Assembly: GCA_022779485.1 (NCBI GenBank) | Contig: JALFTC010000013.1 | Location: forward strand, 34,240-98,239 | Length of the DNA: 64,000 bases | Direction: 5' to 3' | DNA from: Ruminococcus sp. | Lineage (GTDB): Bacteria > Bacillota > Clostridia > Oscillospirales > Acutalibacteraceae | Shown: positions 58,701 through 64,000 of the stretch, one piece after another | Layout of the letters: every line of letters starts with the position of its first letter | Position numbering within the stretch: position 1 is the first letter of the stretch | Program-made: the position numbers and the translations under genes | The notes under the pieces: model-generated | Databases searched by the model: none | Seen by the model: only the letters and a program-made list of their open reading frames with translations | Told to the model about the DNA's origin: nothing

Positions 58701-59249
58701 TCACTCTCTAAAGTATTTTTTTTGACCCTCATCGTAGGCGTTGTTTCCATAGGAATCAATGGCTACAATACAGGGGAAGTCCTCTACTGTGTATCGTCTT
58801 ATAGCCTCTGTGCCTAAATCCTCGTAGCAAAGAACTTCTTCCTTTTTGATGGATTTGGCTATAAGTGCGGCGGCTCCCCCAACACAGGCAAAGTAAACGC
58901 ATTTGTTCTTAACAATAGAGTCCACAACCTCTTTGCTCCTTGCACCCTTGCCTATCATTCCCTTTAAACCAAGGTCAAGTAATGTTGGAGCATACTTGTC
59001 CATACGGTAGCTTGAGGTTGGTCCTGCCGGTCCAACAGCAAAGCCGGGCTTTGCCGGAGCAGGTCCTACATAGTAAATCAGCTCACCCTTAATGTCAACA
59101 GGCAATTCCTTTCCCTGCGTCACAAGCTCATATAATCTTTTGTGGGCGGCATCTCTGCCGGTGAGGATTGTTCCTGTCAGCAGTACAGTTTCTCCTGCTT
59201 TAAGGTTTTTTATATCCTCGTCAGTTATTGGTAGATTAATTGTTTTCAT
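58701..59249 (-). CDS. Class I fumarate hydratase beta subunit (Fe-S hydro-lyase)
   Basis: LTGRDAAHKRL, GPTSSYRMD, MIGKG, GGAAAL, DLGTEAI; start probably ATG 59249. Confidence 0.9.
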   Translation of the reverse strand: MKTINLPITDEDIKNLKAGETVLLTGTILTGRDAAHKRLYELVTQGKELPVDIKGELIYYVGPAPAKPGFAVGPAGPTSSYRMDKYAPTLLDLGLKGMIGKGARSKEVVDSIVKNKCVYFACVGGAAALIAKSIKKEEVLCYEDLGTEAIRRYTVEDFPCIVAIDSYGNNAYDEGQKKYFRE

Positions 59250-59748
59250 TGTTTTCAACACCGTTCACCATATTTGATATGTTCTGTTGGGAAACTGCTG
59301 TTTTTCCGCAGATATAATATTCTCCGTCAGCAAAGTGCTGTTTATCCTTGTAGTAGCAGTATGTATCATCCCCAAGGAAATATAGGAAATATACATTGCT
59401 CTTCTTTGGAGTTCCGTCCTCCTCGTAGTTGAGAAGCTCAAAATAGTATATTTCTTTTGCATTTGAAACATCTTTCTTTGGCTGCAGCTTTTCATTCTTT
59501 GTTTCGGCATACATCTGATTTATGTCGCTCATTGCCTGTTTTGCCTCACCCTTAAGGGTAACAAGGAGGTCACCCTTCTTTTCCCCTGCACCTGAATATA
59601 TTTTAATTCTGTCAAGGGCGTTTGTGTTAAGTGACGGTGAAGTGTTTTGAGTACTTCCGCTGTCTGTGCTTGAACATCCGCATCCGGCAGAAATAACTGC
59701 AACCACCGCCAAAACGGCAACCATTAATACGCTGGATAATTTTTTCAT
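59236..59748 (-). CDS. Lipoprotein of unknown function (start moved to ATG 59748)
   Basis: AGGAG RBS; signal peptide ending ISAG-C. Confidence 0.7.
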   Translation of the reverse strand: MKKLSSVLMVAVLAVVAVISAGCGCSSTDSGSTQNTSPSLNTNALDRIKIYSGAGEKKGDLLVTLKGEAKQAMSDINQMYAETKNEKLQPKKDVSNAKEIYYFELLNYEEDGTPKKSNVYFLYFLGDDTYCYYKDKQHFADGEYYICGKTAVSQQNISNMVNGVENNENN

Positions 59749-59752
59749 AGTT

Positions 59753-60253
59753 TTACTCCTGGTTTTCAATTTTATATACAAAAGAGAGATTTCTTGTTTC
59801 CTCTCCGATTTTCACGGTAAAATCAAGTGAATTAAAACTGTGGTCGTTTATCAGGTTCTTTCTGTTTTCGTACACAATATCCCAGTAGTAAACATCGTTG
59901 TTTATCACAGTTTTGTTTTTGTCAAAGCACATATAGTCAGAGCCGTACTTAAACTTGATTTTCTCCCCAAAGTAGCAGTACTTTCCCTTTTCCTTTATCA
60001 TTTGGCATACGCTGATGGTTTTTCCGTTAAAATAAAGGTAAAGGCAGGTGTCCTCGGTTTCGGCTTTGCCTATTGACTGCTCCAGCATAATTTCGTCATA
60101 GTATTTTCTAAGGCTTTCCTCAGGGGAGTTCTGATATGTGTTTGAGTAAACATTGGTGCCGACCTTGAGAGTTCCGGGAGTTATAAACATCATCACAACT
60201 CCCACAGCAATTATCAGTACTGTTATAATGACTATTCGCAAAGTTCTTTTCAT
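59753..60253 (-). CDS. N-terminally membrane-anchored hypothetical protein
   Basis: Single hydrophobic N-terminal helix; aromatic-rich extracellular domain. Confidence 0.65.
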   Translation of the reverse strand: MKRTLRIVIITVLIIAVGVVMMFITPGTLKVGTNVYSNTYQNSPEESLRKYYDEIMLEQSIGKAETEDTCLYLYFNGKTISVCQMIKEKGKYCYFGEKIKFKYGSDYMCFDKNKTVINNDVYYWDIVYENRKNLINDHSFNSLDFTVKIGEETRNLSFVYKIENQE

Positions 60254-60270
60254 AGCTTTACCTACTTTTT

Positions 60271-61122
60271 TTATATTACCGCTTTTGCGTGTCTTGCCGC
60301 ATGACAGCAGATATTCACAGCCACAGGCATACCTGCAATATGGGTTGGATAAGTTTCTATATTGACGCCGATAGCGGTTGTTGTTCCCCCAAGTCCGGCA
60401 GGACCAAAGCCCATTTTGTTAATTTCATAAAGAAGCTCGTCCTCAAGGGAAGCGTAACGAACATCGGGGTTATGGGTGTCAATACTGCGGAAGGTTGCCT
60501 TTTTTGCAAGGGTTGCAGCCTTTTCAAAGGTTCCCCCGATTCCAACACCAACTACCATTGGAGGGCAGGGGTTAGGGCCGGCTTCCCTTACTGTGTCAAG
60601 GATAAAATTCTTAACACCCTCAATGCCCTTGCTTGGTGTGAGCATTGCAATTTTGGACATATTCTCACTGCCAAAGCCTTTGCCACCGGCTAAAATCTCA
60701 ATTTTGTCGCCGGGTACAATTTCTGTATGTATTATGCAGGGTGTGTTGTCCTTTGTGTTAATTCGGTCAAACACAGGGTCGTCCACAACACTTTTGCGAA
60801 GAAAACCATCCCTGTATGCCTTTCTCACACCCTCTGTTACAGCATCATTAAATGAGCCGTCCTCAACAACAACCTTGTCACCGTACTTTACAAAGAGTAT
60901 AGCCATACCTGTGTCCTGACACAGAGGTATTCTCTCCTTTGCGGCTATATCGTCATTTTCAATTATCTGTGCAAGAATGTTTCTGCCTGTTTCGCTTTCT
61001 TCGCTTTCCTTAGCCTTTTGCAAAGCACAGTAAATATCCTTGCCTATGTAGTAGTTGCAGTCCATAAAAAGACGGCAAACTGTTTCTGTAATTTCACTTG
61101 CTTTAATTTTTCTTATTTCCAT
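60271..61122 (-). CDS. Class I fumarate hydratase alpha subunit (start moved to ATG 61122)
   Basis: PLCQDTG, KGFGSEN, GPNPCPP, GIGGT, GPAGLGG, CHAARH. Confidence 0.9.
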   Translation of the reverse strand: MEIRKIKASEITETVCRLFMDCNYYIGKDIYCALQKAKESEESETGRNILAQIIENDDIAAKERIPLCQDTGMAILFVKYGDKVVVEDGSFNDAVTEGVRKAYRDGFLRKSVVDDPVFDRINTKDNTPCIIHTEIVPGDKIEILAGGKGFGSENMSKIAMLTPSKGIEGVKNFILDTVREAGPNPCPPMVVGVGIGGTFEKAATLAKKATFRSIDTHNPDVRYASLEDELLYEINKMGFGPAGLGGTTTAIGVNIETYPTHIAGMPVAVNICCHAARHAKAVI

Positions 61123-61310
61123 AAAATCACCCACACCTTCTATTATAGCTTTATTTATTAAACATTTCAATATTTCCTTTAAAAGGTTTTTATTTTGTGG
61201 TAAAATATTTTTAGAATGTTCATATATAAAGATTTTATATTTCAAAATATTAAGCTTTTCAACATATAATTGTCACATTGTGAATTTATTATTACCTTGG
61301 AGGGATAACT

Positions 61311-61991
61311 ATGAGCAAAATTTTAGTTGTTGACGACGAATTCAGAATAAGAGAAATTATTAAGAAATACGCAGTTTTTGAGGGACACCAGGTCACTGAG
61401 GCTGTTGACGGAATGTCAGCCATTGAGATATGCAACAGTGAAAGCTTTGACATCATCATTATGGATGTTATGATGCCTGAGCTTGACGGCTTTTCAGCCT
61501 GTCGAGAAATCCGCAAAAGCTGTAACACACCAATAATAATGCTTTCAGCTCGTGGAGAGGAATATGACAAAATCCACGGCTTTGAGCTGGGCATTGACGA
61601 CTATGTGGTAAAGCCCTTTTCCCCAAAGGAGCTTATGATGAGGGTTAACGCTGTGCTGAAACGCAGTAAAAACACAAGCGTTGAAAGCAAGGATGTTTTC
61701 AAGTTTAAAGGACTTGTTGTAGATTTTACCGCAAGAATTGTTACCGTTGACGGAAAAAGAGTGGAGATGACCCCAAAGGAGTATGAGCTTTTCTTCTATA
61801 TGGTTAGGAACAAGGGAATTGCCCTTACAAGGGAAAAGTTAATCAGCGAGGTGTGGGGATATGACTTCTTTGGTGACGACAGAACCCTTGACACCCACAT
61901 TAAGCTGTTGAGGAAAAGTCTTGGCGAATACAGCAGATGTATTGTTACACTAAGGGGGGTTGGCTACCGCTTTGAAGCACTTGAGAGCTAA
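61311..61991 (+). CDS. OmpR-family response regulator
   Basis: VVDDE, MDVMMP, K in VVKPF, winged helix RTLDTHIKLLR. Confidence 0.93.
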   Translation: MSKILVVDDEFRIREIIKKYAVFEGHQVTEAVDGMSAIEICNSESFDIIIMDVMMPELDGFSACREIRKSCNTPIIMLSARGEEYDKIHGFELGIDDYVVKPFSPKELMMRVNAVLKRSKNTSVESKDVFKFKGLVVDFTARIVTVDGKRVEMTPKEYELFFYMVRNKGIALTREKLISEVWGYDFFGDDRTLDTHIKLLRKSLGEYSRCIVTLRGVGYRFEALES

Positions 61992-63594
61992 ACTGAAGTT
62001 TTTGCCCTTGCACTACAAACTGCTGATGTGGTTTGTGATGTTTTCCCTGATAATGATGGTATTTTTGTGGGCATTTCAAACGGTGTTTTTCAGTACCTTT
62101 TACAAGGAAGTCAGGGTAAATCAGGTAAAGGAATGTTCCTCCTCAATAGAGGATAACATAACATCGGAAAATATCACAACCCTTGTGGAAAATTTGGCGG
62201 AGCAAAATGATGTTACCATTTATGTTTACGAAACAGGCTCATCACTTATAAAGCCACTTTACTCCACAGACAAAAGCTATATGAGAATTTTGTTTAAGCA
62301 GGGGGAGAGTAGTACTGCATCAAATAATACAAGTGAAAATTCACAGGATAGCAGTACATCTAAGGGTGACAGCGATACGGAAAACCAAGCAGAAAACGAT
62401 AACAAAAGTATTGTTATGTTCAACAGCGACAAGCTGATTAAGGGTAGCAGTCCCTACACCTACTACGAACAGGCAAAAAAGGAAAAGGGAAGTTATCTGC
62501 TGTTTACAGAGGAAAGTCAGGATAAGGAAAAGCAATCCCTTATTAATTCCTTTAGGGGAGAAACTCCTCCAATGGACAAGCTGAACACACAGGGGATGGT
62601 TTACACAAGGCTGATGGAGGACGACAGCAACCGTCAGTATATGGTAATAATCACCTCACAGATAACTCCTGTTGACAGCGTTGTAAGTACCCTTAGATAC
62701 CAGCTTGTTACAATTACATTTGTGCTTATAGCCCTTGGAATTTGCATTGCAATTTTTGCATCTCACAAAATCAGCAAGCCTATTACAGACACCACAAAGT
62801 CGGCAAAAAGACTTGCAAACAAGGACTATGATGTTGAGTTTAACAGTACAGGCTATATGGAGGTTAACGAGCTTAACAACACCCTGAACTATGCCGCAAA
62901 GGAGCTGAAAAAGGTTGAGTCACTCCAGCACGAGCTGATTGCAAACATCAGCCACGACCTTAGAACTCCCCTGACAATGATAACAGGCTACGGCGAGGTT
63001 ATGAGGGATTTGCCGGGAGAAAACACACCGGAGAATATCCAAATCATAATTGACGAGGCAAACCGACTTAATATGCTGGTAACAGACCTTCTTGATATTT
63101 CCAAAATTCAGTCCGGAGCTACAACCCTTAACTGCGAGATTTTCTCATTAACAATGCTGATTAAGGATATGTTCCAGCGTTATAACAAGCTAAAGGAACA
63201 GGAGGGTTATTCCCTGACCTTTGAATATGATGAAGAAATATTTGTAAACGCAGACCAAAGCAAAATAGGTCAGGTTGTTTACAATTTGGTCAATAACGCT
63301 ATCAACTACTCCCGAGAGGACAAGAGGATTGTTGTCCGTCAAATAAGAAAGGACGACAAGGTTTTGATTGAGGTTGAGGACCACGGAGAGGGAATTGACA
63401 GGGAGCACCTTGAAAATATTTGGGACAGATATTACAAGGTGGATAAGGAGCACAAAAGCTCCGTTATCGGCACAGGACTTGGACTTTCCATTGTAAAGAA
63501 TGTACTTGACCTGCACAGTGCCAAATACGGTGTAAAAAGTGTAGTAGGAGAAGGCAGTATCTTCTGGTTTGAACTGAAAATTTCAGAGGATTAA
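61960..63594 (+). CDS. Sensor histidine kinase (2 TM, HAMP, HisKA, HATPase); start uncertain, possibly TTG 61972
   Basis: ISHDLRTPL, NLVNNAINY, DHGEGI, GTGLGLSI. Confidence 0.92.
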   Translation: MATALKHLRAKLKFLPLHYKLLMWFVMFSLIMMVFLWAFQTVFFSTFYKEVRVNQVKECSSSIEDNITSENITTLVENLAEQNDVTIYVYETGSSLIKPLYSTDKSYMRILFKQGESSTASNNTSENSQDSSTSKGDSDTENQAENDNKSIVMFNSDKLIKGSSPYTYYEQAKKEKGSYLLFTEESQDKEKQSLINSFRGETPPMDKLNTQGMVYTRLMEDDSNRQYMVIITSQITPVDSVVSTLRYQLVTITFVLIALGICIAIFASHKISKPITDTTKSAKRLANKDYDVEFNSTGYMEVNELNNTLNYAAKELKKVESLQHELIANISHDLRTPLTMITGYGEVMRDLPGENTPENIQIIIDEANRLNMLVTDLLDISKIQSGATTLNCEIFSLTMLIKDMFQRYNKLKEQEGYSLTFEYDEEIFVNADQSKIGQVVYNLVNNAINYSREDKRIVVRQIRKDDKVLIEVEDHGEGIDREHLENIWDRYYKVDKEHKSSVIGTGLGLSIVKNVLDLHSAKYGVKSVVGEGSIFWFELKISED

Positions 63595-63598
63595 TTTG

Positions 63599-63627
63599 TT
63601 GACAATAACAAAGTATGGTGCTATAAT
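63599..63627 (+). promoter_or_regulatory. Consensus SigA promoter of the thi operon
   Basis: TTGACA-17 bp-TATAAT with a TG extension. Confidence 0.85.
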
Positions 63628-63639
63628 TTTTTTATAAAA

Positions 63640-63730
63640 GTAAAGAGGGGAGCTGCAAAAGTGGCTGAGAAAAAGGTGTGTGCCTTTGACCCATAACCTG
63701 ATTTGGATAATGCCAACGTAGGGATGCCGA
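63640..63730 (+). ncRNA. TPP riboswitch aptamer
   Basis: GGGGAGCT...GCTGAGA...GACCC...ACCTGAT.TGGATAATGCC..CGTAGGGA conserved core, upstream of thiS. Confidence 0.92.
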
Positions 63731-63749
63731 GTATAAATGTATTTTAACC

Positions 63750-63783
63750 GGGAGTTACCAAACAGGTAGCTCCCTTTATTTTT
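63750..63783 (+). terminator. Riboswitch expression-platform terminator
   Basis: GGGAGTTACC-aaaca-GGTAGCTCCC followed by TTTATTTTTT. Confidence 0.8.
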
Positions 63784-63798
63784 TAAGGAGGTAAAATA

Positions 63799-63993
63799 AT
63801 GGTTACAATCAACGGTGAAAGTGTTGATGTTGCAGGTAAAACAATAGGGGATTACCTGGACACAACTAATTACGATAAAAGAAGAATTGCAGTGGAAAAA
63901 AACGGCGAAATTGTGCCAAAGGCTTTGTATGACGAAACCTTGATAAATGACGGCGACAGCATTGAGGTTGTCAGCTTTGTGGGGGGCGGTTGA
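63799..63993 (+). CDS. thiS: Sulfur carrier protein ThiS
   Basis: 64 aa; IAVEKNGEIVP, EVVSFVGGG terminus; TPP riboswitch upstream. Confidence 0.93.
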   Translation: MVTINGESVDVAGKTIGDYLDTTNYDKRRIAVEKNGEIVPKALYDETLINDGDSIEVVSFVGGG

Positions 63994-64000
63994 TATGATT

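Noticed and set aside
60271-61245. Upstream extensions of track ORFs (fumarase alpha here; also PFOR, U32, GNAT, CLC, mreD)
   Set aside because: RBS positions and family N-termini favour the downstream starts given in the features.
2108-63516. The many other 60-180 aa ORFs nested in or antisense to assigned genes
   Set aside because: No motifs and no independent signals; expected by chance.
63995-64000. ATG right after thiS, possibly thiF or thiG
   Set aside because: Only two codons are in the window; identity cannot be supported.

Overview
Replication-origin region of a low-GC Firmicute, probably an Oscillospiraceae/Ruminococcus-like gut anaerobe (inferred from gene content). The window opens with yidC-yidD-rnpA-rpmH divergent from dnaA-oriC-dnaN-yaaA-recF-remB-gyrB-gyrA. 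It continues with a duplicated pair of GT-C-like glycosyltransferases, starch enzymes, zapA-U32-dut-mreBCD-pbp2, an activator/dehydratase-like pair, gtrA/gtrB/yfhO, PFOR, a sirtuin, LDH, a CLC protein, valS, a split fumarase operon ending in an MBOAT gene, a two-component system and a TPP riboswitch before thiS. I saw no rRNA, tRNA, CRISPR array, transposase or prophage. The most interesting signals are: (1) DnaA has a remodelled DNA-recognition domain, and the DnaA boxes here mostly read TTTT(T/C)CACA rather than TTATCCACA; (2) a dense DnaA-box cluster lies about 20 kb from oriC, partly inside the U32 coding sequence and upstream of dut; (3) ZapA ends in a beta-clamp-binding-like motif (QQSLF); (4) at least three families of short non-autonomous repeats are present, namely a ~310-400 bp REP/BIME-like mosaic (4 full copies plus relatives) and two TA-flanked MITE-like elements, some of which overlap stop codons or gene ends. 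All motif positions were read by eye and no database searches were run.
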